From the NCBI GenBank assembly GCA_020353515.1, contig CP070695.1, positions 4,625,414-4,689,413 on the forward strand: DNA of 64,000 nucleotides, read 5' to 3'. A program made the position numbers and the translations under genes. The notes beneath the pieces were generated by a model. That model saw only the letters and a list, made by a program, of their open reading frames with translations, did not search any database and had not been told where the DNA came from. This document shows, in pieces, positions 48,143-58,408 of this stretch; the first letter of the stretch is position 1, and each line of letters begins with the position of its first letter. Source of the DNA: Candidatus Heimdallarchaeota archaeon (GTDB lineage: Archaea; Asgardarchaeota; Heimdallarchaeia; Hodarchaeales; Hodarchaeaceae).

Positions 48143-48574
48143 ATGAGATACGTTCACCAAACTAATCAAGAGAGTTATCTTCTCCGCCTTTTTCGGGGAG
48201 AGGATATCATTGAATCCTTACAAAAATTTTGTAAACACCACAATCACATTGGATCTGGACGAATACAGGGGATTGGTGCTGTTTCTGCAGCTAAGATTGA
48301 TTTCTTTAATGGAATTGAATACATAACAAATACTTTCTCAGAAAACCTTGAACTTCTGTCCTTAACTGGTAATATCGCTCAAGACAAGATAGTACACCTA
48401 CATGGAGTTTTTGGGAGATCTGATGGATCTTGTGTTGGTGGACATATCATGTCTGGTTGCATTGTATCTGTCACCTGTGAAATTCAAATTTTAGTTTTAG
48501 ATCCTCAGGTTACTCGGGAAGAAGACCCACACACAAAATTGAAACTATTAAACCTACCAAACGAAATTAAATGA
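48143..48574 (+). CDS. PPC/DUF296 domain protein
   Basis: RLFRGEDI, GIGAV, ELLSLTGN, HLHGVF, GGH, TCE. Confidence 0.9.
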   Translation: MRYVHQTNQESYLLRLFRGEDIIESLQKFCKHHNHIGSGRIQGIGAVSAAKIDFFNGIEYITNTFSENLELLSLTGNIAQDKIVHLHGVFGRSDGSCVGGHIMSGCIVSVTCEIQILVLDPQVTREEDPHTKLKLLNLPNEIK

Positions 48575-48605
48575 ATTGTAATATACAAGAAAGAGATGAA
48601 ATATT

Positions 48606-48965
48606 TTGAGACGAGCAATTAAAGTAGGAAAAGTAGCAGGACCCTATTCACCTGCAATTGAAACTTCTAGAAAAAAACAGATTTTTGTTTCAGGACAAAT
48701 TGCATCCAATTTAGATGCTGATATTCAAACTCAAACAAGAGAAATAATTAATAAAATTGAAGCAATCCTTGGAGAAGCAGAGGCGTTTTTAAGTGACATT
48801 GCAAAAACTACAATTTATCTAGTAGATATGAATGATTTTTCTGCTGTAAATGAAGAGTACGCAAAATATTTTCCTTCAGATCCACCAGCTCGAGCAACAA
48901 TTCAAGTAGCAGCACTCCCATTAGGTGCTCGTATTGAGATTGAAGCAATTGCAGCCCGAGACTGA
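48606..48965 (+). CDS. ridA: RidA/YjgF-family imine deaminase
   Basis: GPYSPA, FVSGQI, DFSAVNEEYAKYF, PARATIQVAALP, IEIEAIA. Confidence 0.88.
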   Translation: MRRAIKVGKVAGPYSPAIETSRKKQIFVSGQIASNLDADIQTQTREIINKIEAILGEAEAFLSDIAKTTIYLVDMNDFSAVNEEYAKYFPSDPPARATIQVAALPLGARIEIEAIAARD

Positions 48966-49011
48966 AACAGTACTTCTATAAACGATTCCTAAGGAAACCA
49001 TTAATGTTAAC

Positions 49012-50847
49012 TTAGGCATATTCTATCTCGAGCTGCCCACTCCCTTCTTGGATACTTTGTGCAAGTGTAACTAAAGTATAAGGGACCTCTCGTCGGCTTA
49101 AATAATCCAGAATCATTTCAAACCTTGTAGGATCGTAATCTAAAGTCACCTTATCCAACACGAAGAGCGGATAATCGGAAAGATATTCCTCACGTCCAGC
49201 TAACATAACAATTAATGCAATTGTTATTCTTTCACTATCACTTAAGCTTTCTATTGGTTGATCAATCATTTTTCCCTTCCGTTTTCGTTTAACGATTAAA
49301 TTGAAATTTGGATTGATACGAATATCTTCGAAATCTTGGTATGACATTAATTGATATACTTTCTTGATTTGGTGATTAAAGTTCTCTATGACACCTAATT
49401 TGACTGTTTTTTCTCGTTCTTCTAGGAAAGTTTGTAACTCACCATAAAAATCATATTCAGATTGCACTTGGTCAATCTGATCAATACGTTTTGATTTTTC
49501 ATCTATCTGTTTGTCGAGTTGTTCTATTTTCCCCAAAATTCTTTGAATCTTTGCATCAAGCTCATTTATCAACTTGATAGAATCAGCTCGTCCCTGATCA
49601 ATGGACTTCTCAAGAATTTTTAACTCAGATTCTTTTTTAGAATAATCACGCTCTGATGATTCAATATCTTTTTTCTTTTCTTTAATTTCTTTTTGTAATC
49701 GTCTAATTTCTTGTTTTGCCTTACTAATTCTTATCTGATTATCATTTTTTATTTTATGAATGAGGACTTCTAAATCTTCTTTCCGCCGTTCTGCATCATC
49801 GATTTGAAATTCTAATTCACGAATACGTTTACTGAGATGAGAATCATCAACGAGTAATTTATCTTCACGGGTTTTGGCGTGTTTTTCGGTATATGGTCGT
49901 CCACAAACGATACATTTTCGTAAATCAGGCATCCGTTGAGAAAGAGATATCCAGTTTCGTACCTCCTTAATTGATTTCTCAGTCTCTTTTTTCTCATTCC
50001 TCACTTCATCTAAATATCGTCTATATTCTCTGATCTCATCAGCTATCCGAGCAATCTCCTGATCAACGCTCGGGTGTTCTACCATGAAATTTTTTATTTC
50101 TTCTTCCATTAATTTAATTTGAACCTGTGTATCGCGATTTCTGGCCATATTTAATTTTATAATGTCAGAATCAGTTTCTATTTTATTCTTGAGAGCAAGA
50201 ACTTCCTTGGATAGTTTATGATAGCGATTTTCTATCTCTGAATATGATTGAATCTCTTCCATGTTGATATCAGGAAGCGTTTCTCTTTCGATTTTAGCTT
50301 TTTCTAGCTCATTCTCTAGCTGTGAATGTTCCTGTCGCATACTATCAATATCGGATTCATACATTAGATAAATACGGAGATCTTTCTTTAAATTTGTCAG
50401 AAGAGATTTAAGATATGATATTAAAAAGGTATAATACGTTACATCAGAATATTGAGTTAAGAGCTTCTCCAATTTCCTCCCAGTAGTGATTGCAGTAATG
50501 AGTTCATTATCTGGGGTTGCTAGAGTGAAAAGATTTGCTTTTTGATTTTCTGGATGAAAAGGATTTCCAGTAACATTTAATTTATTACCTCCTTTAACCT
50601 CAAACTTCCGCTCACAAACGACTTTTCCTTTTTGCTTAAGTTGAACACGTCCTTTATTCGCAAAAAGATTGAGATAATATCTTCGAGTTTCAATCTTTTC
50701 CTGAGGTAAGTTCAATAATTCGAATCCACGAACCAATGAACTTTTCCCAGTAGCATTTGGTGCTTTAATTAAGTTCTTACCTTCTTTGAAGTCCATCGCA
50801 ACTTTATCGATCCCTCCTATATTTTCCAAGATGATGTGCAAGGTCAT
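49012..50847 (-). CDS. Archaea-specific SMC-like ATPase (Sph/ClsN/Arcadin-4-like) with zinc hook
   Basis: ENIGGI, APNATGKSS Walker A, coiled coils centred on CIVC, LSDSER signature, LFVLDKV Walker B. Confidence 0.85.
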   Translation of the reverse strand: MTLHIILENIGGIDKVAMDFKEGKNLIKAPNATGKSSLVRGFELLNLPQEKIETRRYYLNLFANKGRVQLKQKGKVVCERKFEVKGGNKLNVTGNPFHPENQKANLFTLATPDNELITAITTGRKLEKLLTQYSDVTYYTFLISYLKSLLTNLKKDLRIYLMYESDIDSMRQEHSQLENELEKAKIERETLPDINMEEIQSYSEIENRYHKLSKEVLALKNKIETDSDIIKLNMARNRDTQVQIKLMEEEIKNFMVEHPSVDQEIARIADEIREYRRYLDEVRNEKKETEKSIKEVRNWISLSQRMPDLRKCIVCGRPYTEKHAKTREDKLLVDDSHLSKRIRELEFQIDDAERRKEDLEVLIHKIKNDNQIRISKAKQEIRRLQKEIKEKKKDIESSERDYSKKESELKILEKSIDQGRADSIKLINELDAKIQRILGKIEQLDKQIDEKSKRIDQIDQVQSEYDFYGELQTFLEEREKTVKLGVIENFNHQIKKVYQLMSYQDFEDIRINPNFNLIVKRKRKGKMIDQPIESLSDSERITIALIVMLAGREEYLSDYPLFVLDKVTLDYDPTRFEMILDYLSRREVPYTLVTLAQSIQEGSGQLEIEYA

Positions 50848-51017
50848 TTTTTAACAGCTCTCCAATTATTAATGTATTTTTGCAGAATACGTGCGATAGG
50901 ATCATTTTTTTTCGGAGGTTGCGTCGGTAAGGAGCTGAGCTGCTTAAGATGGTTGATCAACTCAGTTTCAGCTGAATGGAGAACACTCTCCCTATCATCT
51001 GCCTTTCTTTTAACCAA
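50844..51017 (-). CDS. Unannotated 57-aa protein coupled to the SMC-like gene
   Basis: GGAGGA SD, TTG start, MVKRKADDRESVLHSAETELINHLKQ...NNWRAVKK; stop overlaps the SMC start as ATGA. Confidence 0.65.
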   Translation of the reverse strand: MVKRKADDRESVLHSAETELINHLKQLSSLPTQPPKKNDPIARILQKYINNWRAVKK

Positions 51018-51056
51018 AATTCCATCCTCCAGTTATCTGGGTCTTCCTCCTCAAAG

Positions 51057-51452
51057 TCAGGTTAGTTTCCATTGAACAGAGAAACGTTTTCTCTTCACTT
51101 GCTGTAAAAGGTTGGTTATTTCTCTTGGAAGCTGTTCGTTTTTCTCGTTTTGTAGTACTTTGTGAACTCGATTTTTGTCCTTTAGCCAAGAGGCCATCCT
51201 TCCTAACTCTGAATCTTCTAAAAAATCTTCTATTCGGAGCGGTTCGAGGATTGATACTTCAATGTTTCCTTTATGTTTTTGCATTTCGGGTAAAATTAAT
51301 GCCATACTATTCCCTGTATTCTTCATAAGGAATAGTCCTTCAACTAACTTACCTGCAAAGAGGTCAGGGTAGAGGTTAAGGTATCTAGCAAAGGTTCGAC
51401 GTAATGAAGTTGTTCTAAGATAAACCATTAGCATAACTATGAGAAGTCCCAC
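51057..51452 (-). CDS. Hypothetical protein, first gene of the SMC-like operon
   Basis: Co-oriented, 39 nt upstream of the 57-aa ORF; start GTG 51452 or ATG 51434. Confidence 0.6.
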   Translation of the reverse strand: MGLLIVMLMVYLRTTSLRRTFARYLNLYPDLFAGKLVEGLFLMKNTGNSMALILPEMQKHKGNIEVSILEPLRIEDFLEDSELGRMASWLKDKNRVHKVLQNEKNEQLPREITNLLQQVKRKRFSVQWKLT

Positions 51453-51640
51453 CTTTTTTATTTTCAGTGGTTTTAATAATGCTTTAAACTGAATTATGGT
51501 CTTAAGTTGAGCTGGTAGAGTGACTGGATTTGATTCTTTTTAACTTTGTTGAAGAAGTCTATTTAATTCACCAACTTAAATGCATATTGAATTTCTTTGA
51601 ATTAGAATTCCTTTAAGCTGATCTTGGTAATTCAGGAGAA

Positions 51641-52177
51641 ATGATTGCTATGGTACATATAAATATAGAGTTTAAGGCGCAGTGTAATGATCCCGAAAAA
51701 ATCAAAAAAATTCTTACTTCAAGAAATGCTGACTATAAGGGGTTAGATCGCCAGGTAGATACGTACTTTAAAGTGAATACGGGAAGACTGAAGTTAAGAG
51801 AAGGAGACATTGAGAAAGCTTTGATTTTCTATAGTCGAAAAGACACTAAAGAACCTAAACAATCAAATGTTACACTTTTTCCTGTTGATTCCAATTCATC
51901 CACTCTTTTGAAAGAAATTTTGGTAAAATCTTTAGGTGTTCTTGTAATCGTTTCTAAACAAAGGAGTATCTATTTTATTGATAATATTAAATTTCACATT
52001 GATACAGTAGAGGAGTTAGGTTCGTTTGTGGAGGTAGAAGCTATAGATATTAATGGTACTATTGGGGTTACCAAACTACAAGAAGAGTGCCAGTTTTTTC
52101 TAAAATTATTTGAAATCCCTGAAGAAGACTTGATATCTACATCGTACAGTGATTTATTATTAAAAAAACTATCCTAA
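51641..52177 (+). CDS. cyaB: CYTH-domain protein (class IV adenylate cyclase/triphosphatase)
   Basis: NIEFKA, QVDTYF, RLKLRE, KQRSIY, HIDTVEELGSFVEVE. Confidence 0.85.
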   Translation: MIAMVHINIEFKAQCNDPEKIKKILTSRNADYKGLDRQVDTYFKVNTGRLKLREGDIEKALIFYSRKDTKEPKQSNVTLFPVDSNSSTLLKEILVKSLGVLVIVSKQRSIYFIDNIKFHIDTVEELGSFVEVEAIDINGTIGVTKLQEECQFFLKLFEIPEEDLISTSYSDLLLKKLS

Positions 52178-52189
52178 AAAGAAGCAATT

Positions 52190-53641
52190 TTAATATGGAC
52201 ATGATGGATCAGATGCAAGCCAGTCACCACTCTCTCCATATGCAGTCACACGGCAGCCTCCACAAATGAAATTGTGAGTACATTTTCCACATTTCCCCCT
52301 CACTTGAGAGCGATTACGTACTGTACGTAAAACAGGATTATTTATCCAAATATTTTCTAATCCATTTTCTAATATGTTTCCTAAATGAATATGAGTAACA
52401 GGTGCACAAGGTAATATATTTCCTTCTGGACTTAATCCACAATAGGTGATTCCTGTCGCGCACCCTCCTGCATACTCAGCAAATTGCCTGAAAAGCTTTT
52501 TCGCGGATTTTCCCATAATTTCTTCATGGCGCTTTTCAAAACCAATTACTATCTCACTTATTGGAAAGATCTCATAATTTGAAAGCTTGGCACATTGGGG
52601 AGCAAAGTAAGTCATTCCACGAGTCATTACAGCTACACCTTTCCCTGTCTTTGCATAATTTACGAAGAATTCGGATAGATCCTTTAATATTGATTTTTGT
52701 TCTGTAGGATTGACATTTAAATGAGATAATGCTTTACCTCTCCCCACTGGGAGTATTCTTGACACATATAATCGTGTTGCACCAAGTTCAGAAGCTAATT
52801 CAATTAGATCTGGAATTTCCTTTATATTCCTATTAGTGAGGGTTACTGCGATTATCAGTTCTTTGAATTGATCTATCTCTGAGCACACCTCTATTCCTTG
52901 GAGAGCCTTCGCATGAGCTCCTTTTACACCACGAAGTTCATCATGGAAAGATGAACTATAACTATCAAGACTGATTGAGATACCAGTAACCCCCGTATCT
53001 GCTATATCCTTAGCGACAGTCTGATCAATCATTGTACCATTAGTTGAAAGTGTACAAAGGAGTCTACGTTTAGAAGTACGTTTCGCAATTTCATAAAAGT
53101 CATCACGAATAAGAGGCTCTCCACCAGAAAAACTTAAAGAACCACAGCCCGATTTTGCTATAATATCGACTACGCGAAGAGCTTCGGATGTAGAGAGTTC
53201 TATAGAATGAGTGTTTTCATCGAAAACGGAGTGGGAATCTTGATAACAATGAATACATTTTAAATTACACTTGTATGTAAAATTCCACACTATTGCTATT
53301 GGAGGTAAAGTTGGTTGAGGTTTAGAAACCCCAAACCGTCCTACACCCCTTAACCATGCAACAACTGAACGTGTATACAAAGTATTAGACGTAAAACGTT
53401 GAAATTCTTCATCATTTAGCTTAAGAACCTTTCTAAGAAAAGTATTTGCTATAATTGTACTGGGATAACAATATAGGCAAAATGGCATTTCCCTCCTAAC
53501 CTCTGAAAGAATCCTAACAATAGGGGATTGTTGGCAATGAGGACAGATATTTACAAGACTACTTGCTAAAAGTCGGGCAAAAGCTGCTGCTGGACCATGT
53601 TCAAATATTTTTAACACTGAATTCAGCTGTAATAACTGCAA
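52190..53641 (-). CDS. Radical SAM protein with SPASM domain
   Basis: CNLKCIHC, SGGEPL, GCATG...PC, CGKC....CGGCR...DPSC. Confidence 0.92.
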   Translation of the reverse strand: MQLLQLNSVLKIFEHGPAAAFARLLASSLVNICPHCQQSPIVRILSEVRREMPFCLYCYPSTIIANTFLRKVLKLNDEEFQRFTSNTLYTRSVVAWLRGVGRFGVSKPQPTLPPIAIVWNFTYKCNLKCIHCYQDSHSVFDENTHSIELSTSEALRVVDIIAKSGCGSLSFSGGEPLIRDDFYEIAKRTSKRRLLCTLSTNGTMIDQTVAKDIADTGVTGISISLDSYSSSFHDELRGVKGAHAKALQGIEVCSEIDQFKELIIAVTLTNRNIKEIPDLIELASELGATRLYVSRILPVGRGKALSHLNVNPTEQKSILKDLSEFFVNYAKTGKGVAVMTRGMTYFAPQCAKLSNYEIFPISEIVIGFEKRHEEIMGKSAKKLFRQFAEYAGGCATGITYCGLSPEGNILPCAPVTHIHLGNILENGLENIWINNPVLRTVRNRSQVRGKCGKCTHNFICGGCRVTAYGESGDWLASDPSCPY

Positions 53642-53766
53642 TAAAAGTCATCCTGTACCATTTGAAGCCTGCATAAATTTAACAATGCAAAAAAGATGTG
53701 ATTTATTAACTATTTTATGAGACTGCAAAATAGAATAAGTGAAAATATTAATTAGTAGATGGTTCT

Positions 53767-54576
53767 TTGATCTTCAAGATGTCATTAAAAACGACACATG
53801 CTAGCTATATTGATATCCATTGTCATTTACCTGAAAATTATTTTTTCAAAGATATTCATACACATATCACACAGTGGATTCAACAGGGTCTTATACATGT
53901 AGTTTCTGTCAGTCAAGACTTTAGAGAATCCCTCCGTTCAATTGAACTGTCGAAAAAATACCCTGATATGGTAATCCCTTCGATTGGGATTCATCCATGG
54001 AAAGCTCATAAAAAACACAATGAGTTAGAGCAGTTTGATCAGCTTCTTTCAGAAAATAGAAAAATCATTATTTTAGGTGAAATTGGACTAGATTTTCACT
54101 TTATTTCTCAAAAAGAAAGATATTCATATCAAAAGAAGGTATTGGACTTTTTTTTTGAACAAGCGGAAAAAAGAAATCTCCGAGTAATGCTTCATGTAAA
54201 AGGGGCTGAAGAAGAAATTGCTAGATACATTGAAACAAGAAGTCTTCCAGGTAAGAACTGCTGCATTCATTGGTATTCTGGTTCAATTCAAATTCTCAAA
54301 AAACTCATTGATCTCGATTGTTTTTTCTCATGTGGTCCAGCTTTGAACTATTCCCGTAACCATCAACAAATTCTCAAATCAGTCCCTTTGACTCGATTAT
54401 TGACAGAGTCAGATGGTAATGTCAAGTATCAGGGGCGAGTGGGACATCCTGGGATGATGCCAGAGGTTGTTGACCTAATTGCTACAATAACTAAGCAAAA
54501 GAAGCACGAGTTATTTCAATTTATAATCGAAAACTCTCTTTATTATTTAGGAAAAAAAGAGAAAAAAAGTGCGTGA
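53767..54576 (+). CDS. tatD: TatD-family DNase
   Basis: IDIHCH, GIHP, GEIGLD, IHWYSG, LTESD. Confidence 0.9.
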   Translation: MIFKMSLKTTHASYIDIHCHLPENYFFKDIHTHITQWIQQGLIHVVSVSQDFRESLRSIELSKKYPDMVIPSIGIHPWKAHKKHNELEQFDQLLSENRKIIILGEIGLDFHFISQKERYSYQKKVLDFFFEQAEKRNLRVMLHVKGAEEEIARYIETRSLPGKNCCIHWYSGSIQILKKLIDLDCFFSCGPALNYSRNHQQILKSVPLTRLLTESDGNVKYQGRVGHPGMMPEVVDLIATITKQKKHELFQFIIENSLYYLGKKEKKSA

Positions 54577-54580
54577 TAAT

Positions 54581-55387
54581 TTAAGGGAAGTCTTTTCTGC
54601 GCATTGCAAACATTGATAGTAACAAGAAGCCTGCGACCAACGCGATACAGACAATAAGAGAATTAAAGGGCTCAAAATCAGGAATATTAAAGTTAAAGTG
54701 ATCCACTAAGAAATATTCTGCTGTAACATGATAGATATGATTAACAATTGAGTAGGGACTATTTCCACCAGCTGCGAATCCAAAGATGAATTGACTAAAA
54801 AAAACTTCAAAATAAGCAATGGCTAATCCCCAGCCTAATGCGTTCTTATCAATCACTATACCAAGGAGTAAAAAAATCGTACTATAAACTACGACCCATA
54901 ATCCTACGAATAACCACGTTCCAATCAAAATATCAAGCTTCAAAATTGTAAAATCATTTACTATGAAACACAATCCAAGATAAATGATCAACGCGTCAAA
55001 ACAGGCGATTACAACCCCAATAACAAGAACTGTGATCCATTTAATTAATACTATTTCTTCTCTTTTGACAGGTCTTGATAGAAATTGACTAATGGTTTTG
55101 TTCTCCTTTTCATCCGAAATAGCTGATATTCCTAAAATTAAACAAATAAGAGGCAGGATCAAGAAGTTGAAGATGTTAGTTTCTTCACCTATGGCGATGA
55201 TTTCTAGATAATCACGTATGGCTGCAGACGACATATTAAGATAGGGGAGAAGGGGGAGAATACTTACAAAAATCAGAATGTAGGTTTTTTTATCGAACAG
55301 GACTTTGCTAAAAAATATCTGTCCTAGAAAAACACTTCTGGTTAACATAGAAGGCGATTGTGATTCTTTTGTGGCACTAAAACTCAT
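54581..55387 (-). CDS. ABC-2 type transporter permease
   Basis: About six TM helices; AISDEKENKTI..FLSRPV.R..I...K motif. Confidence 0.85.
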   Translation of the reverse strand: MSFSATKESQSPSMLTRSVFLGQIFFSKVLFDKKTYILIFVSILPLLPYLNMSSAAIRDYLEIIAIGEETNIFNFLILPLICLILGISAISDEKENKTISQFLSRPVKREEIVLIKWITVLVIGVVIACFDALIIYLGLCFIVNDFTILKLDILIGTWLFVGLWVVVYSTIFLLLGIVIDKNALGWGLAIAYFEVFFSQFIFGFAAGGNSPYSIVNHIYHVTAEYFLVDHFNFNIPDFEPFNSLIVCIALVAGFLLLSMFAMRRKDFP

Positions 55388-55408
55388 TACTTTTTCACCT
55401 ATAACAAA

Positions 55409-56326
55409 TTATGTCAAGAAATCAAAAATTGCTTCAATATTATCGGTTTGACTCTCTAAGTGATTTATTAGCAGTCCATTCTCTGCGATCAATCGAGTAG
55501 CGGTGGGATAAAACGTACTTGGAGTATCTGTAACCACTATGAGATCTTCTGTTGCTTTATCTGATGGAAAAGTGATAGTCCTAATGATATCCTTTTCAAT
55601 CAAGAGTTTGGAAAGCGTTTGTAATTCATTACGTGGGGCTCGGAATAAAATTTGATGTGGAAATTGATCTATAAGGTTGAGAACCTCTTCAGGGGGTCCT
55701 TCTGCTAACGCTTGCCCCCTATGGATCAGAACCATTCGGGTTGACATTTCATCAAGTTCATATAAAATATGACTCGAGATCAATACAGTTACTCCCTCCT
55801 GGTTCAACTCGGACACAAGCTGCTTCATCTCCCGACGACCCAATGGATCAAGACCCCCAAACGGTTCATCCAAGATTAACAAATCAGGATCATGAACAAT
55901 AGCTGCTGCCACCTTAAGACGCTGTTTCATACCCTTTGAATATGACTTAATACGTTTTCCCTTGACAGCAAGTCCCACTTTTGCCAAAGCTTCCTTAGCA
56001 GCGGTTTCTGCTTGTTCCCGAGGAAGAATCAACTTAGCAAGTGATGAAACAAATTGCTTACCTTTCATCCATGGATAGAGATCCTCATGTTCCGAGACAT
56101 ATCCAATTCGTCTTTTTAATATGATATTATTGATAGGATTTTCATCAAACACTCGAACTGTTCCAGTATCAGGACGAATTTCTCCCATAATGAGTTTGAG
56201 TGTTGTTGATTTTCCAGCCCCATTTGGCCCAAGAAAACCTGTTACTCCAGTTTTCGCAGTCATAGTCAGGCGTGAAACTGCTACCACATCACCGAAGGAT
56301 TTTGAAACCTCATTTAGTTCAATCAC
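55409..56326 (-). CDS. ABC transporter ATP-binding protein
   Basis: GPNGAGKST, YSKGMKQR, LDEP, SSH. Start taken at the GTG overlapping the upstream stop (the track gives 56341). Confidence 0.92.
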   Translation of the reverse strand: MIELNEVSKSFGDVVAVSRLTMTAKTGVTGFLGPNGAGKSTTLKLIMGEIRPDTGTVRVFDENPINNIILKRRIGYVSEHEDLYPWMKGKQFVSSLAKLILPREQAETAAKEALAKVGLAVKGKRIKSYSKGMKQRLKVAAAIVHDPDLLILDEPFGGLDPLGRREMKQLVSELNQEGVTVLISSHILYELDEMSTRMVLIHRGQALAEGPPEEVLNLIDQFPHQILFRAPRNELQTLSKLLIEKDIIRTITFPSDKATEDLIVVTDTPSTFYPTATRLIAENGLLINHLESQTDNIEAIFDFLT

Positions 56327-57315
56327 TTTGAATGCCTCCAATAAACCTGAAAAACGACAATTAAAAAACCAAGTAAAATGTAGAGACCTAATACTCCAAG
56401 GATCATCCAGCTTTCAATACCAACCCCATCTGTCAAATGTAATGTCTGAACACCTCTAAATGAATTATAATCGACCTCAGTTGTTCCAAGCAGAATGTAA
56501 GATGTTAATAACAAGAGAGTGAGCACATCAAGAAATATCTCATATCCAGCACTGTCTCCTGAGAATGCTAAGGAGCTGATAATCATATTACTCGTGAACA
56601 TAAGCATAAATGTTGTTAAACCAGCGTATAATCGTCGATTCGTGATAGAAGAAAAAGCAAGGATGATAGCTGAATAAGTTATAGTAATAATTTCTGTAAA
56701 TACAATTACATGCACTAGAACAGGGAGAGCGCTTATTAGGTCAATATTCCCAAGACCAACCACTAACAAGAAGAACTCAACGACATAGGGGAATGTTAAA
56801 ACAATATTACCGAAAATAAAGAATGCTAAGAATTTACCCAAAACATATTCATGTCTTTCTAGCTTACTGTAGTAAATTTCGGTTGTCTGGTTGGAAATAT
56901 CGTCAGCTATGAGCCCTGATCCTACCATAACAAACAGAATTAGTATAAATATACTTGTCCCCCCCAAGTTGAATGAACTTGAGGCACCATCACCAGTTTC
57001 CACAAAGAAAGATATTCCGAAACTAACTATTCCTCTTATCATAGTAAGGAGATTATCTTCTAATAAATCATTATTAGTAATTTGGTCAGAAAACATAAAT
57101 TCTCTCATTGAGAACAGGAACATGTTCATTATCACAAAAGTAAATATCAGGAAACTTATCAATACTTTGACAGCTCTAGAACGTTTCCATTCATGAATCC
57201 ACCATTGCCATGCAATTGCCCATAATCTATAAATTCTTCCACGACGAATCCCATCAAAAGGTCGGAAAGCGAATTTCCTAACGTATGCGTCAGAGCTTGT
57301 GGTTGGTTCACTCAC
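56323..57315 (-). CDS. ABC-2 type transporter permease
   Basis: Multiple TM helices; GLIADD...IYYSKL.R.EYVLGK. Confidence 0.82.
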   Translation of the reverse strand: MSEPTTSSDAYVRKFAFRPFDGIRRGRIYRLWAIAWQWWIHEWKRSRAVKVLISFLIFTFVIMNMFLFSMREFMFSDQITNNDLLEDNLLTMIRGIVSFGISFFVETGDGASSSFNLGGTSIFILILFVMVGSGLIADDISNQTTEIYYSKLERHEYVLGKFLAFFIFGNIVLTFPYVVEFFLLVVGLGNIDLISALPVLVHVIVFTEIITITYSAIILAFSSITNRRLYAGLTTFMLMFTSNMIISSLAFSGDSAGYEIFLDVLTLLLLTSYILLGTTEVDYNSFRGVQTLHLTDGVGIESWMILGVLGLYILLGFLIVVFQVYWRHSK

Positions 57316-58244
57316 TGAATTTGAACCTCCTGTTCTTTAAATAGGCTAACAAAGACATCTTCAAGACTTCTTGACCGACTTCCAAGATATCGAATATCAA
57401 CTCCGAGTTGATATGCGGTCGTAAAAATTTCTTTTTCAATATCTGGAGTTTTTTCAACTTCAATAAATGCCCCATCAGTCCACACTTTCATCCCATTCGC
57501 TGCAAGTGCTTCTAATAATTTCTCACTCTCTGATTTCACTTTTACACTCACAGTTGAACGCTTATTTGCTGTCAATTCCTGTATTTTTCCTTTTGCAAGG
57601 ACTCTTCCTTCCGATACAACCAATGCATAATCAGTAGTTTGTTCGACGTCTCGAAGAAGATGTGAGCTTAGAATAACGTTCTTTCCTTCATCTTTCTGCA
57701 AATTTCGTATCAATTCAAGCATCTGAACGCGCCCTGATGGATCCAATCCATTAGTTGGTTCATCTGCGATGATAATTTCAGGGTCATGAACTAAAGCAAC
57801 AGCTAATTTTACCTTTTGTTTCATACCAAGAGAGAATGTATCTAACTTCCTATACCTCTCCTCTCCTAGACCTACGTAGAAAAGGGAGTCGCTAGCCCGT
57901 TGCTTACTCTCTGGATAAGACAACCCGTTCATCCGTCCGCAAAAGGCCACAAAACTCATGGCCGTAGCGTCAGGAATGAATGATGTGTTAAATTCAGGGA
58001 TGTAGCCAATTCGATCTCTCACCTGATTGATTTCGTGGCGAATGTCATACCCTAACACTTGTGCATTTCCTCGGGTTGGGCGAATGATACCAAGCAAAGT
58101 CCTGATGAGAGTAGTTTTACCGGCTCCGTTCGGCCCAAGGAATCCAACTCCACCAGCAGGAACCTTCACTGAAATATCCTCAATTCCTCGAATTTTACCA
58201 TAATATTTTGTCAGCGAATCTGTGGCTATTATTTCAGCTTGCAT
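57312..58244 (-). CDS. ABC transporter ATP-binding protein
   Basis: GPNGAGKTT, FSLGMKQK, DEPTNGLDP, SSH. Confidence 0.92.
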   Translation of the reverse strand: MQAEIIATDSLTKYYGKIRGIEDISVKVPAGGVGFLGPNGAGKTTLIRTLLGIIRPTRGNAQVLGYDIRHEINQVRDRIGYIPEFNTSFIPDATAMSFVAFCGRMNGLSYPESKQRASDSLFYVGLGEERYRKLDTFSLGMKQKVKLAVALVHDPEIIIADEPTNGLDPSGRVQMLELIRNLQKDEGKNVILSSHLLRDVEQTTDYALVVSEGRVLAKGKIQELTANKRSTVSVKVKSESEKLLEALAANGMKVWTDGAFIEVEKTPDIEKEIFTTAYQLGVDIRYLGSRSRSLEDVFVSLFKEQEVQIQ

Positions 58245-58408
58245 CTTCCAGTCACTCTTTTTTCGACTTATCTATTACAATAAGTGAGATTAGTTCGCTC
58301 TACTTTTTAAGATAAAGATAGAGGCAGATAAAAACATCGAAAAAGCATCTACTATGAAATCAAGAAATTACAGATAAACGAATACTATTTGATTTACTTC
58401 TTTCCCCC

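Noticed and set aside
49012-50847. Rad50/SbcC, or a Wadjet/Lamassu defence system
   Set aside because: No adjacent Mre11/SbcD, JetABD or recognisable effector nuclease; the motifs fit the Sph/ClsN-like group better.
52190-54576. TatD-associated radical SAM pair
   Set aside because: The genes are divergent, and the radical SAM is a long SPASM-type enzyme rather than the short TatD-linked family.
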